Shown here: piece after piece, positions 39,016 to 49,965 of the stretch | Layout of the letters: every line of letters begins with the position of its first letter | How positions within the stretch are numbered: position 1 is the first letter of the stretch | Assembly: GCA_944359055.1 (NCBI GenBank) | Contig: CALVSO010000003.1 | Span: forward strand, 4,832-68,831 | From: an uncultured Bacilli bacterium | GTDB lineage: Bacteria; Bacillota_I; Bacilli_A; RF39; UBA660 | Length of the DNA stretch: 64,000 bases | Reading direction: 5' to 3' | Position numbers and translations under genes: made by a program | Notes under the pieces: model-generated | Databases searched by the model: none | The model's input: the letters and a program-made list of their open reading frames with translations, nothing else | Told to the model about the DNA's origin: nothing

Positions 39016-42000
39016 TTAAGCTTCATCACTTAACTTTTTATAATATTCATAAGTTTTAATTGCATTTTCTTTATTTAATTCTAATAATTCAGCTGCTTCT
39101 TTATTAAGTTTATCCAACATTGTATATCTTGTTTGTTTTAATAAGAATTCATCATAAAAACTAAAGTCAGGATTACAATCTAAAGTAAATTTAGTTAGTG
39201 GATTTCTTCTAAATATTGGAAAATACCCACATTTAACTGCTTCTTTTTCAATATCGATACTATTTACCATACCACCTTTAATACCATGTGATATACAAGG
39301 TGCATAAGCAATTATAATAGCTGGACCATCATAATTATTTGCTTCATTAAATGCTTTAATTAATTGCATTGGATTAGCTCCTAAAGATACTTGAGCTACA
39401 TAAACATTAGGATAAGTCATCATCATTCTGGCTAAATCTTTTTTATTTGTTTGTTTTCCTGAACTTGCAAATAAAGCAACACTACCCTTTGGTGTAGCTT
39501 TACTAGCTTGACCACCAGTATTAGAATATACTTGTGTGTCAAGTACTAATATTTTAATGTTTTCACCACTTGCTAAAACATGATCAATACCAGAAAATCC
39601 TATATCATAAGCCCAACCATCGCCACCGATAGCCCATATATTTCTTTTAACAATATAATCTTTATAAGGTAATAGTTCTTTATATTTATTAAAATCAATA
39701 CTATCATAATATTTTTTTGTTATATTATAATCGTTAATATTATTGATATATTCCTCAAATTCATCATATTTACTCATAATATTAACTATTTTTTGTTTAT
39801 TAATTTTATCTGCTTGTAAAAATCCAAATCCATATTCAGCATTATCTTCAAATAATGAACTAGCCCAAGGTATTGTATAAGGTGTTGATGGTGCGCTAGC
39901 TCCATATATTGAAGAACAACCTGTTGCATTAGCAATTATCATACTATCACCAAATAATTGTGTTAACAATTTAATATAAGGTGTTTCCCCACAACCAGCA
40001 CATGCTCCACTAAATTCAAACTTAGGTTGTTTAAATTGGGTATTTTTAACATTATTTAAATTAATCTCTTTACAAGTTATATTTTTAGATAAATAATCAA
40101 ATACTTTTTGCTCTTCTTCTACATCAATTAATTCTTTGAATTCTAAAGATTTTTCTTTAGACATACAAGATTTAATACATAATCCACATCCTGTACAATC
40201 TTTGACACTAATACCAATTATATAATTATTAACACATCTTTCTTTAATATAATCAGGAGCTTTTTCATATTCTTCATCTGATAATTGATAAGGTCTAATT
40301 ACTCCATGAGGACACACAAATGAACACATATTACATTTAATACAATTACTGCTTATCCAATGAGGTACGAAATCAGAAATGCATCTTTTTTCATCTTTAC
40401 TAGTTCCAGCATTAAATGTACCATCTGGCATATTTTCAAAACTAGATACTTTTAATTCATCACCTTTACGATGACGCATTGCCAAATAAACATCAATGTA
40501 TTTTGGTTTTTCAACATATTCATAATTGCCATCTAATTTAACTTCTTTTAAATAACTAATTGCATTATCAATAGTAAATATATTAGCTTTTACTATTTCT
40601 TCACTTTTTAAACCAAATCTATTTTTAATATCTTCTTTTAACTGATTAATTATATCATCATTAAGTAAATTAGATAAATATAGTATTACTACTTCCATAA
40701 TAGTACTTATTTTATTTTTAATACCAGCTTTAGATGCTAATTCATAAGCATTAATAATATAAAATTTAATATTTTTATTCTTAATAATATATTTAACATC
40801 ATCTGGTAAAAAATTTATTACTTCTTTTTCATTTTTTACTGTATTTAATATAAAAATACCATTATCTTTTATTTTATTTAATATTTCGTAATCATCTAAA
40901 TATGTATCTTTAGTAACTACTATTAAACTAGGCTGTTCTACATAATAAGTTGATTTTATTTTATTATCACTAAATCTTAAATGACAATTAGTTACTCCGC
41001 CTGATTTTTTAGAATCATATTGAAAATATCCTTGAACATATTTATTAGTATTTTTTCCTACTAATTTTATTAATGATTTAGAAGCACTTACCATACCATC
41101 AGAACCATAACCATAAACTAACATTTCTAAACTATTATTTAATTTATAATTTGTTTCTTTTAAACTTAAATTAGTTACATCATCATCAATTCCAATAGTA
41201 AAATTATTTATAGGATTATCTAACATATCATATATAGCTTTTATTTGAGCAGGAGTTGTATTTTTGCTTGATAATCCATATCTTCCACCAACAACACTAA
41301 TATTCTTATCTTTTAAAACATTCACAACATCTAAATATAAAGGCTCACTATTAAATTCTTTAGTTCTATCTAATACAGCAATTTTTTCAACTGTATCAGG
41401 TAAAATATTTAAAAAATATTTACTAGAAAATGGACGATATAAATGAACTTCAATTAAACCATATTCTTTTAAATCATCTATTACTTCTTTTATAGTTTCG
41501 CAAACAGAGCCCATTGCTATAATAACTTTTTTTGCTTTATTACTTCCATAATAATTAAATGGTTTATAATCACTATTAGTTATTTTATTAATTTTTTCCA
41601 TATAATTATTAACTATATCAGGTACTTTATCATAATACTTATTTCTTATTTCTGTTGCTTGAAAATAAACATCATCACTTTCACTAGTACCATAAGTTTT
41701 AGGATTATTAGGATTAATTGCTTTATTTCTAAATTCATTTAATTTATCATAATTGATTAAATCTTTAACATCATCGCTCTCTAAAATATCTATTTTTTGT
41801 AATTCATGAGAAGTTCTAAAACCATCAAAAAAATGCATAAATGGTAAACTAGATTCTATAGCTGATAAATGAGCAACTACACCTAAATAATTAGCATCAC
41901 TTACATTACTAGAAGCTAACATATTAAATCCTGTTGCTCTAGTTGCATAAACGTCTTGATGATCACCTAAAATTGATAAAGCATGAGTAGATAAACTACG

Positions 42001-42342
42001 AGCTGCCACATGCATAACACATGGTAACATTTCTCCAGCTATTTTATACATATTAGGTATCATTAATAATAATCCCTGACTTGCTGTAAAAGTAGTAGTT
42101 AAAACACCTGCTCTAAGTAAACCATGAACTAACCCACTAGCTCCAGCTTCACTTTGCATTTCGATTACTTTTACTTTATCACCAAATATATTAGTAACAC
42201 CTTTATTTGACCATTCATCCATATGTTCAGCCATCGGACTAGAAGGTGTAATTGGATAAATACCAGCTGCTTCAGTAAATAAATAAGCAGCATTACTACA
42301 AGCTTCATTTCCATCAATAATAACTTTTTTCACTTTAATCAC
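39016..42342 (-). CDS. nifJ: pyruvate:ferredoxin (flavodoxin) oxidoreductase
   Basis: 1108 aa single-chain PFOR. Two 4Fe-4S ferredoxin motifs (CIKCNMCSFVCP, CTGCGLCIKSC) and a TPP-binding GDG motif. Confidence 0.9.
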   Translation of the reverse strand: MIKVKKVIIDGNEACSNAAYLFTEAAGIYPITPSSPMAEHMDEWSNKGVTNIFGDKVKVIEMQSEAGASGLVHGLLRAGVLTTTFTASQGLLLMIPNMYKIAGEMLPCVMHVAARSLSTHALSILGDHQDVYATRATGFNMLASSNVSDANYLGVVAHLSAIESSLPFMHFFDGFRTSHELQKIDILESDDVKDLINYDKLNEFRNKAINPNNPKTYGTSESDDVYFQATEIRNKYYDKVPDIVNNYMEKINKITNSDYKPFNYYGSNKAKKVIIAMGSVCETIKEVIDDLKEYGLIEVHLYRPFSSKYFLNILPDTVEKIAVLDRTKEFNSEPLYLDVVNVLKDKNISVVGGRYGLSSKNTTPAQIKAIYDMLDNPINNFTIGIDDDVTNLSLKETNYKLNNSLEMLVYGYGSDGMVSASKSLIKLVGKNTNKYVQGYFQYDSKKSGGVTNCHLRFSDNKIKSTYYVEQPSLIVVTKDTYLDDYEILNKIKDNGIFILNTVKNEKEVINFLPDDVKYIIKNKNIKFYIINAYELASKAGIKNKISTIMEVVILYLSNLLNDDIINQLKEDIKNRFGLKSEEIVKANIFTIDNAISYLKEVKLDGNYEYVEKPKYIDVYLAMRHRKGDELKVSSFENMPDGTFNAGTSKDEKRCISDFVPHWISSNCIKCNMCSFVCPHGVIRPYQLSDEEYEKAPDYIKERCVNNYIIGISVKDCTGCGLCIKSCMSKEKSLEFKELIDVEEEQKVFDYLSKNITCKEINLNNVKNTQFKQPKFEFSGACAGCGETPYIKLLTQLFGDSMIIANATGCSSIYGASAPSTPYTIPWASSLFEDNAEYGFGFLQADKINKQKIVNIMSKYDEFEEYINNINDYNITKKYYDSIDFNKYKELLPYKDYIVKRNIWAIGGDGWAYDIGFSGIDHVLASGENIKILVLDTQVYSNTGGQASKATPKGSVALFASSGKQTNKKDLARMMMTYPNVYVAQVSLGANPMQLIKAFNEANNYDGPAIIIAYAPCISHGIKGGMVNSIDIEKEAVKCGYFPIFRRNPLTKFTLDCNPDFSFYDEFLLKQTRYTMLDKLNKEAAELLELNKENAIKTYEYYKKLSDEA

Positions 42343-42411
42343 CTTTAATAATTATATCATAAATTTGATTTTTTCAACTAAAATGATATAATATTTTTAG
42401 GAGATGACATT

Positions 42412-43197
42412 ATGAATTTCAAAAAAATTAATACCAAAAAATTAATTTGTGTTTTATTATCAGGATTTATTATTATATCTATGGTAGGATGCTCAAAAAC
42501 GGATTCTAGTTTAAACGATTCTTATAATCAAGATAATGAAAATATGCCAAAAACTAAAGAAGAATATTTAGATAATAGTCAAGAAATTATAATAGAATCT
42601 AAAGAGGATGATAAAAATAATAATTCAAATGAACCAAATGATAAAAAACAAGATAATAACACACAAGATAATACAATAACTTATTCAGCTAATGATGAGA
42701 CAGCTATTCAAACATTTAATAACATAAATAATGAAATTGATAGCATTTTAAATAGTGAAGATATAGAAAACGCTAAAGATAAAGTAAAAGGAACATTTAT
42801 TACAATAGTTGATTTTATCTTTTATGATAGTGAAATAAATGGAGTAACATTTGATGAATTAACCGATGAAGGTAAACAAAAAGTATTAGAATTAGCTAAT
42901 AAAATTGATACAAAAATTGAAAATAAATTTCCTGATTATAAAGAAACTATATCAGATACAACAAAAAAAGCTTTTAACAAAGCTAGTGAATTAATAAAAA
43001 AAGGTGCTTATAATTTAAGTGAATTTTCAAAAGAAAAATTAGGTGAAGAAAATTATAATGCCATTATTGATGCAAAAGATGAATTTGTTGATTATACAAA
43101 ACAAGCAATTGATATCATCGGTGATGTCGGAAGTAATATATTTGAGAATGGAAAAGAATATATTAAAAATTGGTATGAAAACTTAAAAAGAGACTAA
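42412..43197 (+). CDS. lipoprotein (lipobox MVGC), D/N/K-rich
   Basis: Signal peptide with ISMVGCSK. The stop lies inside the loop of the bidirectional terminator at 43187-43210 (AAAGAGA-ctaattaa-TCTCTTT). Confidence 0.5.
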   Translation: MNFKKINTKKLICVLLSGFIIISMVGCSKTDSSLNDSYNQDNENMPKTKEEYLDNSQEIIIESKEDDKNNNSNEPNDKKQDNNTQDNTITYSANDETAIQTFNNINNEIDSILNSEDIENAKDKVKGTFITIVDFIFYDSEINGVTFDELTDEGKQKVLELANKIDTKIENKFPDYKETISDTTKKAFNKASELIKKGAYNLSEFSKEKLGEENYNAIIDAKDEFVDYTKQAIDIIGDVGSNIFENGKEYIKNWYENLKRD

Positions 43198-43216
43198 TTA
43201 ATCTCTTTTTGTTTTA

Positions 43217-43942
43217 TCATTTTTCTTCTAATTCTTTACTATATATTACACTATTATTTTTACCATTTCTTTTTACATAATATAACGCTATATCAATTTC
43301 TTTAATTGTTTTTGATGAAGTTTTGTTTTTGTCATATATTGAAATTCCAGACGAAAAAGATAAATTTAAATTTTTACTTTTCAAATTAAAAATTTTATTT
43401 ATTTTATCAATACGTTTTTTTACTATTTCAACATTATTAGTGTCAAAAATAATCAAAAATTCTTCGCCTCCATAACGACCAGCAAAATCATTTTTTCTTA
43501 TATTTTCTTTGATAATAGTACCTAACATATTCAAAACTTGATCACCTATTTGATGACCATAATTATCATTTACTTTTTTAAAATCATCTATATCACATAA
43601 AGCAAAAACACTTGCTTTCTTTAGTTTGGAAATAAAATCATCTAAATCTTCTCTGGTTGCTAATCCAGTTATTTTATCTTTTTTTAATGTTGAAATATGC
43701 TCAAAATAATTTGTTACATCTTCTAAATACTCAATTTTATAATTTATATCATTTAAATTAAAACATTTGCTTTTATTTTCATAATATTTATTTCTATATT
43801 TGAAAATATTTTCATCAACTTTATTTTTTGTTAATTCCAAATATCTAGAACTAAAATATTCATTATTATCAAATATTATATGATATTCCCAACCAAATTT
43901 AGATAATAATTCTTTTATATTTTCTAAAGACAAAACGATCAC
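43217..43942 (-). CDS. GGDEF-domain diguanylate cyclase
   Basis: RYGGEEFLIIF active-site motif; 241 aa. Confidence 0.8.
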   Translation of the reverse strand: MIVLSLENIKELLSKFGWEYHIIFDNNEYFSSRYLELTKNKVDENIFKYRNKYYENKSKCFNLNDINYKIEYLEDVTNYFEHISTLKKDKITGLATREDLDDFISKLKKASVFALCDIDDFKKVNDNYGHQIGDQVLNMLGTIIKENIRKNDFAGRYGGEEFLIIFDTNNVEIVKKRIDKINKIFNLKSKNLNLSFSSGISIYDKNKTSSKTIKEIDIALYYVKRNGKNNSVIYSKELEEK

Positions 43943-43993
43943 CTCTAAAATAATTATAAATTATAATCATTAAAAAGTCAAAAAAAGATGTAT

Positions 43994-44554
43994 TTAAACA
44001 TCTAATATTTCTACTTCATCACCAGTTTTTAATAAAAATGCATTAGCATCATCAGTATCTAAATGTAACTCAAAATAAGCTTCTTTACTTACTTTAACAT
44101 TTGTTTCAATTATACCTGGTTTAATTCCCCCTACTTTTATTAATATTTTATCAGGTAAATTATATTTTTCTTTATCTTCATACGTAACATGAATATGTCT
44201 ATCAGCTATAATACAACCATTAGTTTCAATAGATCCTTTTGGCCCTATTATAGTAACAACTTCACTACCATCTAAATCACCAGATGTTCTAACTGGAGGA
44301 TTTAATCCTAATTTATAAGCATCTGTTTTAGAAATTTCAATTTGAGTATAATTTCTTGTAGGACCTAAAACTCTCACATTATTAATTTCGGATTTATTAG
44401 TTTTAATAGTTACTGTTTCATTACAAGCAAACTGGCCAGGTTGAGTTATCATTTTTTTTATAGTTAGATTTTTTCCAAATAAAATATCTAAATCACTTTG
44501 CTTTAAATGAACATGTCTATTAGAAACTCCAACTTTTATTTTCATAATCATCAC
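43994..44554 (-). CDS. PduL/EutD-type phosphate acyltransferase-like protein
   Basis: KVGVSNRHVHLKQSDLDILFG and a second ADRHIHV repeat, typical of the PduL two-repeat fold. Confidence 0.6.
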   Translation of the reverse strand: MMIMKIKVGVSNRHVHLKQSDLDILFGKNLTIKKMITQPGQFACNETVTIKTNKSEINNVRVLGPTRNYTQIEISKTDAYKLGLNPPVRTSGDLDGSEVVTIIGPKGSIETNGCIIADRHIHVTYEDKEKYNLPDKILIKVGGIKPGIIETNVKVSKEAYFELHLDTDDANAFLLKTGDEVEILDV

Positions 44555-44616
44555 CTGTATAATTATATCATATTTCTAACAATTTTTAATATATTTTATT
44601 ATGAGAGGAGAATTTT

Positions 44617-44961
44617 ATGAATTATTATAATCAATACAATGGGCAACCATTATATGTTAAACCTACCCCACCGGGTAATACAAATTATCAACAAATGGCA
44701 CTTCCACCTGAACAATCTTATATTGAAAATATATTACGATTAAATAAAGGAAAAAAAGTTAGAGTACATCAAACATTTCCGGATTCTAATGAATGGCGTG
44801 ACCTAGAATTTACAGGTATTATTGAACAATCAGGAAGAGATCACATAATATTAAGTGATCCAACTAATGGTGTTTGGGAAATGTTATTAATGATATATGT
44901 AGATTATATTTCATTTGATGAACCAATAAATTATGATCCAGATTTTTATCCAAGTAATTGA
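44617..44961 (+). CDS. gerQ: spore coat protein GerQ-like
   Basis: QSYIENILRLNKGKKV...GRDHIILSDP...MIYVDYISFDE matches the conserved GerQ C-terminal domain. Confidence 0.55.
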   Translation: MNYYNQYNGQPLYVKPTPPGNTNYQQMALPPEQSYIENILRLNKGKKVRVHQTFPDSNEWRDLEFTGIIEQSGRDHIILSDPTNGVWEMLLMIYVDYISFDEPINYDPDFYPSN

Positions 44962-45003
44962 TATTTAATAAAATATTTGTTATAATTAGTATGGTGAGTA
45001 TAG

Positions 45004-45549
45004 ATGAGTGCATTTTTTATAACATTAATAATTATTATCATTATTTGTTTAATTTTAGTATGGTATGTTAACACATATAATAAATTTCAAAGTTTTATTA
45101 TCAGAATAAATGAAGTTGAAGCTAATATAGATACTACTTTAAGAAAAAGATTTGACTTATTAAATAAATCAATTAATATTATTAAAGGTAATATAAATAC
45201 AGAAGAAGATGTTTTAGGATTAATAGTAAAATTAAGAAGTAGAAAATTATCTAATTTTGATTTAGACCGACAACTTTATGAAGCAATTAATGAATTTAAT
45301 TATTATAAAGAAAACTACCCAGAATTAAATGAAAGTGATGCCTTATTAAAAATAGATATTTCCTTAAATGAAAGTGAGCACGAAATAACAGCATTAAGAA
45401 AATATTATAATGACATAATTACTGATTATAATAAATTAGTTAGAAAATTTCCAAGTAATATTGTAGCCATATTATCAAAAAATAAAGAAAAAACTTATTA
45501 TGATGGTAAAAATATGAATGACGATATTACAAATGATTTTAAATTATAA
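45004..45549 (+). CDS. LemA family protein
   Basis: N-terminal TM, then LemA-like helices (YNKFQ...LRKYYNDIITDYN). Confidence 0.65.
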   Translation: MSAFFITLIIIIIICLILVWYVNTYNKFQSFIIRINEVEANIDTTLRKRFDLLNKSINIIKGNINTEEDVLGLIVKLRSRKLSNFDLDRQLYEAINEFNYYKENYPELNESDALLKIDISLNESEHEITALRKYYNDIITDYNKLVRKFPSNIVAILSKNKEKTYYDGKNMNDDITNDFKL

Positions 45550-45559
45550 AAAGAGAATT

Positions 45560-45967
45560 TTACTTCTCTTTTTTCTTTCTTCTAAATATCAATAAACAGA
45601 TTAAAAATAATATAATTCCAATAATATAATATACATTATTATTATCTGTAACAACATTATCTTCAGTATCCTCAGTAGTATCTATTTTTAAAACATATTC
45701 TCCATCAGCAGAATATAAATAATTTTCTTTAGCATATCTAGCAACATATTCTGGATCATTTAATTTTTGAATTTCTATTTTTAAATTAGCTTTTTTATCT
45801 TGTAGAGAAACTAATTGATTCTTTAAATTATTTTCTTCTCTTTTTAAAGAAATATAACTATAAGTATATCCGAATAAAGTAACAAAAAAATATACTATTG
45901 CCATAATAGAAAGAATTCCAAATACCATTAATCTTCTTTTAGACGCTTTTGAAACTTTTTTCTTCAT
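45560..45967 (-). CDS. divIC: cell division protein DivIC/FtsB family
   Basis: TM anchor plus coiled coil plus DPEYVARYAKENYLY. Gene order yabP-yabQ-divIC as in Bacillus. Confidence 0.65.
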   Translation of the reverse strand: MKKKVSKASKRRLMVFGILSIMAIVYFFVTLFGYTYSYISLKREENNLKNQLVSLQDKKANLKIEIQKLNDPEYVARYAKENYLYSADGEYVLKIDTTEDTEDNVVTDNNNVYYIIGIILFLICLLIFRRKKKEK

Positions 45968-45990
45968 ACCTATCCTCCTAAAAGATTATA

Positions 45991-46272
45991 TCATTTTTTT
46001 TTAAATAATACAAATTTTTTTAGAAGTTTTTTTATTCCAAATTCTAACAAAAAACCTATTACAAATGAAAAAATATAATAAGGATGAATTATAGCATTGT
46101 TTAATTTAAGTAAAATAAAAAAGTAAATTAATGTAAATACTATAACAATTATTAGAGATAAAATTATATTAAAAAGTTTTGTTTTATAAAATATATCCAA
46201 TAATAATGAAAATAAAATTCCAAATAATATAGAAACTAAAAAAGTTTTTATTTGAATGCTTAAAGTCATCAT
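45991..46272 (-). CDS. yabQ: spore cortex protein YabQ-like (small polytopic membrane protein)
   Basis: 93 aa, 3 TM helices; position between yabP and divIC. Confidence 0.5.
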   Translation of the reverse strand: MMTLSIQIKTFLVSILFGILFSLLLDIFYKTKLFNIILSLIIVIVFTLIYFFILLKLNNAIIHPYYIFSFVIGFLLEFGIKKLLKKFVLFKKK

Positions 46273-46577
46273 TTAAATAATTTACTAAATACTCCTTCTT
46301 CTTTTTTTACACTATCATAACTTAAACTGATTATTGTTCCTTTAATTGAAACTGTACCCTGATATGTATCTAATTTGATTATTTCTAATTCAGTACCTTT
46401 TATTGTAATGTTTCCCATAGTAGTTTCTAATAAAAATTCTTCATTATCAAAACTTTCTATTTTTTTTACACCACTTATTATTATATTTTTTCTTTCATTA
46501 ATAGTTATATTATGATTTAAATTATTTAATGAATCTATCTTGTCCATAAAATCCTCCTTTTTATAAAATATATGCAC
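46269..46577 (-). CDS. yabP: sporulation protein YabP
   Basis: HNITINERKNIIISGVKKIESFDNEEFLLETTMGNITIKGTELEI, a typical YabP beta-rich domain. Confidence 0.7.
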   Translation of the reverse strand: MHIFYKKEDFMDKIDSLNNLNHNITINERKNIIISGVKKIESFDNEEFLLETTMGNITIKGTELEIIKLDTYQGTVSIKGTIISLSYDSVKKEEGVFSKLFK

Positions 46578-46604
46578 AATAAAAAAAGACTATTCTAAAA
46601 TAGC

Positions 46605-47246
46605 CTATTTAATTACTTCAATAAATTTTTCTACTACTTCATCAATAGTTAAATTAGTAGAATCAATATAAATTTGATCATCAGTTCTTGTTAATGAACC
46701 AACTTCTTTATGTGAATCATTATAATCTCTAGATTTAATATTTTCATATATTTCATCATAACTCATATCAATGTTTTTTTCTTGATATTCTTTATATCTT
46801 CTATTAACACGTTCTTCTAAAGTTGCATCCAAATAAAATTTATAATCAGCATTAGGAAATACCACTGTTGTTATATCTCTACCTTCCATTACAACATTAT
46901 TAGAATTACCTAATCTTCTTTGTAAATCAACCATGTTTTTTCTTACTTCAACAATACTAGATATAGGCGATACAATACTAGTTACCTCTTTACTTCTAAT
47001 TTCTTTAGTAACATTTTCACCATCTAAATAAACATTATTATTTAAATCAAATTTAATATCAATGTTATTTGATAATTTAATTATTTCTTCTTTATCTTCA
47101 ACACTCAAATTATTTCTTAATGCTTTTAATGCAACACAACGATAAGTTGCTCCTGTATCAATATTAACTAAATTTAATTTTCTTGATAAGATACTTGCAA
47201 TTGTACCTTTCCCGCTTCCTGCAGGTCCATCAATAGCTACTATCAT
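46605..47246 (-). CDS. cmk: cytidylate kinase
   Basis: IVAIDGPAGSGKGTIA P-loop; CMP-binding region. Confidence 0.85.
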   Translation of the reverse strand: MIVAIDGPAGSGKGTIASILSRKLNLVNIDTGATYRCVALKALRNNLSVEDKEEIIKLSNNIDIKFDLNNNVYLDGENVTKEIRSKEVTSIVSPISSIVEVRKNMVDLQRRLGNSNNVVMEGRDITTVVFPNADYKFYLDATLEERVNRRYKEYQEKNIDMSYDEIYENIKSRDYNDSHKEVGSLTRTDDQIYIDSTNLTIDEVVEKFIEVIK

Positions 47247-47767
47247 TTTATTCCTCCTAATATTTTTAATATTTCTTCTTTTGTTTTATTTAAATTTGTA
47301 TTATCTATAACGTAATCAAAAGTGTAATTATCTAAATCAATTTCTGTAATATGATTTTTTTGTTTATCTGTTAAATTATTATCACTACCATTAATTCTAA
47401 TAGTAATACAATTAAATAATTGCTTAGGTATTGCGATTTCTCCCTTCAATCTTGCATCAGTTACAATAATAACATCAAAAAAATAACTATATACTTTTAT
47501 ATCTTCCATAACTCTTCTAATTAATAATTCTTTATCTATTTTCTTTATCAAATCAATTCCTAATGACTGTAATAAATCACGTGGCTTAGTTTCTTCTCTT
47601 CCATCCCATTTAGTTATCTTTTTTACATATTGTTTCAAATAATAAGCATAAGATATTTGAATACTATTTTTATAATAATCACTTATTATATCTGCAACAT
47701 AATTTTTACCACTTTTAGCCTTGCCTGATAAAATAAATATTTTTGGATTTTTGTTAATATATTCCAT
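47243..47767 (-). CDS. P-loop kinase-like protein (function unclear)
   Basis: ILSGKAKSGKNYVA Walker A; 174 aa; translationally coupled to cmk. Confidence 0.4.
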   Translation of the reverse strand: MEYINKNPKIFILSGKAKSGKNYVADIISDYYKNSIQISYAYYLKQYVKKITKWDGREETKPRDLLQSLGIDLIKKIDKELLIRRVMEDIKVYSYFFDVIIVTDARLKGEIAIPKQLFNCITIRINGSDNNLTDKQKNHITEIDLDNYTFDYVIDNTNLNKTKEEILKILGGIK

Positions 47768-47831
47768 AAATGTTCACCATATATAGTATAACATGTATAC
47801 TTTAAAATGTAAATTAATAGCTATATTTGAA

Positions 47832-48068
47832 TTATTTAATTGATTCTCTCATTTCATCTAAAAATATTTTATCTGGTTTAGTATTTAATATTTTTGCTAT
47901 CTTAAAAGCCATTTTATAAGTTAAATTTCTTTCTTTATTTTCAATTTGCCAATAAAAACATTTGCTAATATTTAATTTATCGGCCATTTTTTGATAAGTA
48001 TAACCTTTACTAATTCTTAATTCTTGCAACTTTTTTAAACAATCTTTTTCCATATTTATTCCTTTCAT
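47832..48068 (-). CDS. XRE-family HTH transcriptional regulator
   Basis: QKMADKLNISKCFYWQIENKERN helix-turn-helix. Confidence 0.6.
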   Translation of the reverse strand: MKGINMEKDCLKKLQELRISKGYTYQKMADKLNISKCFYWQIENKERNLTYKMAFKIAKILNTKPDKIFLDEMRESIK

Positions 48069-48159
48069 ATCTATTTTAGCATACTTTTATAAAAAAGTAC
48101 ATATATTAAATGTAGTCGTTTTCTATTTGTGTATGAGAAGATTTAATTAGGTGAGATAA

Positions 48160-48399
48160 ATGAAAATTGATGAAAATAATAATAAATACATCTATGTAAT
48201 AGTTGGAAAAAACATTAAAAGAATTAGAAAGGCTAAAGGACTTACACAAGTACAATTAGCCGATTTAATTCAATATAATGAAGGAACTATCGCTAATATT
48301 GAAAACAATAGTTTCCAAACATTCAGCTTAGAATTCTTATATATTATATCTAAAAAATTAAATGTCCCAATAGAAGAATTTTTTAAAGGTTTACATTAA
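48160..48399 (+). CDS. XRE-family HTH transcriptional regulator (divergent partner)
   Basis: LTQVQLADLIQYNEGTIANIENN helix-turn-helix. Confidence 0.6.
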   Translation: MKIDENNNKYIYVIVGKNIKRIRKAKGLTQVQLADLIQYNEGTIANIENNSFQTFSLEFLYIISKKLNVPIEEFFKGLH

Positions 48400-49899
48400 A
48401 GGTGCAAACAATCTTAACACAGCTCGTTTTAAACTTCTAAACAAACCTATTTTAGTATCTTCTAAAGTAATTTGTTTTGATATTTCTAAAGTTTCTGAAA
48501 TATCTTTTTTTATATCTTTTATACTATCCGTTTTATATAATAATGTTCCACATTCAAAATGTAAATGTAAACTTCGATAATCCAAATTAACTGTACCTAC
48601 AGTTGCAATTTCATCATCGACCAAAAAAGTTTTAGCATGTATAAATCCTTTAGTATATTCATATATTTTCACATCATTATCTAATAAATTATTATAGTAT
48701 GCTTTAGTTACTTCGTTTACTATTTTTTTATCTGGTATCCCAGGTGTTATAATTTTTACATCAACACCACTTTTAGCTGCTAAGCATAAAGCTGTTTCCA
48801 ATTCATTATCGATAATCAAATATGGTGTTGTAATATAAACATATTTTTTAGCTTTATTAATCATATTTAAACATATATTTTCACTAACTAATTCATCATC
48901 AAATGGACTATCATCATAAGGTTGAACATATCCACTACCTTTTATTTTAATATCTGGTTTAAATTTGTTTAAATCTTCTTTGGTGTTATTAATGTAATCC
49001 CATAAATTTAAGAATATATTAGTTAAATTAAATACCGCATCACCTTTTAACAATATACCATTATCTTTCCAATGACCAAATCTTACTTTTTTATTTATAT
49101 ATTCATCTGCCAAATTAATACCACCAGTAATTCCTACATTGCCATCAATAACTGTTATTTTTCTATGATCTCTATTATTTAATTTAGCCGTTAAAATTGG
49201 TACAAATTTATTAAATGAACATGCTTTAATGCCATATTTCTTTAATTCATCATAATATTTATTAGGTAATGTTACAATACATCCCATATCATCATAAATA
49301 ACCCTTACATCCAATCCTTCACTAGCTTTTTGTTTTAAAACATCTAAAATATCATTCCAAAATATACCTTTTTCAATTATAAAATATTGCATAAAAATAA
49401 ATTTTTTGGCTTGCTTTAATTCTTCAATTAATCTTTTATAATAAACTTCCCCTACTTCTAAATATTCAGTATAAGTGTTTTTATAGATTGGATAACCTGC
49501 ATTATTATATATATAACTAGTTTGATTATAAAAATTAATATCTTTTATTTCTTTAAGAACTTTTTCATCTTGAATTAAAATTTGGTTTAATTTGTTTTTA
49601 TGTTCTAATAATTTTCCTTTTTTGTTTATTTTATTACCAAATATTATATAAATTAATGTTCCAAAAATAGGAATTGTTAAAACTGGAATAATCCACGCTA
49701 TTTTATAACTAGGATTTGCATTACCATTAATTATTTTTAATAATACCAAAATTCCTATAACATAGAAAAATATATAAAAATACCAACCATATTCTTCAAA
49801 TTTATTTAATATTAAAATTAAAACTAATAATTGAATTAATAATAATACCCCCACTATAAAAATTCTATGAGTTAGAAAATTTAGAATTTTTTTAATCAT
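48391..49899 (-). CDS. cls: cardiolipin synthase
   Basis: Two HKD motifs (HRKITVIDG, HAKTFLVDD) and N-terminal TM helices. Confidence 0.85.
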   Translation of the reverse strand: MIKKILNFLTHRIFIVGVLLLIQLLVLILILNKFEEYGWYFYIFFYVIGILVLLKIINGNANPSYKIAWIIPVLTIPIFGTLIYIIFGNKINKKGKLLEHKNKLNQILIQDEKVLKEIKDINFYNQTSYIYNNAGYPIYKNTYTEYLEVGEVYYKRLIEELKQAKKFIFMQYFIIEKGIFWNDILDVLKQKASEGLDVRVIYDDMGCIVTLPNKYYDELKKYGIKACSFNKFVPILTAKLNNRDHRKITVIDGNVGITGGINLADEYINKKVRFGHWKDNGILLKGDAVFNLTNIFLNLWDYINNTKEDLNKFKPDIKIKGSGYVQPYDDSPFDDELVSENICLNMINKAKKYVYITTPYLIIDNELETALCLAAKSGVDVKIITPGIPDKKIVNEVTKAYYNNLLDNDVKIYEYTKGFIHAKTFLVDDEIATVGTVNLDYRSLHLHFECGTLLYKTDSIKDIKKDISETLEISKQITLEDTKIGLFRSLKRAVLRLFAPLM

Positions 49900-49965
49900 A
49901 CTACCACCAACTTAATAATACCATATTTTTAAAATTAAATAAAGAAAAAAGAGTTTATTTAAACT

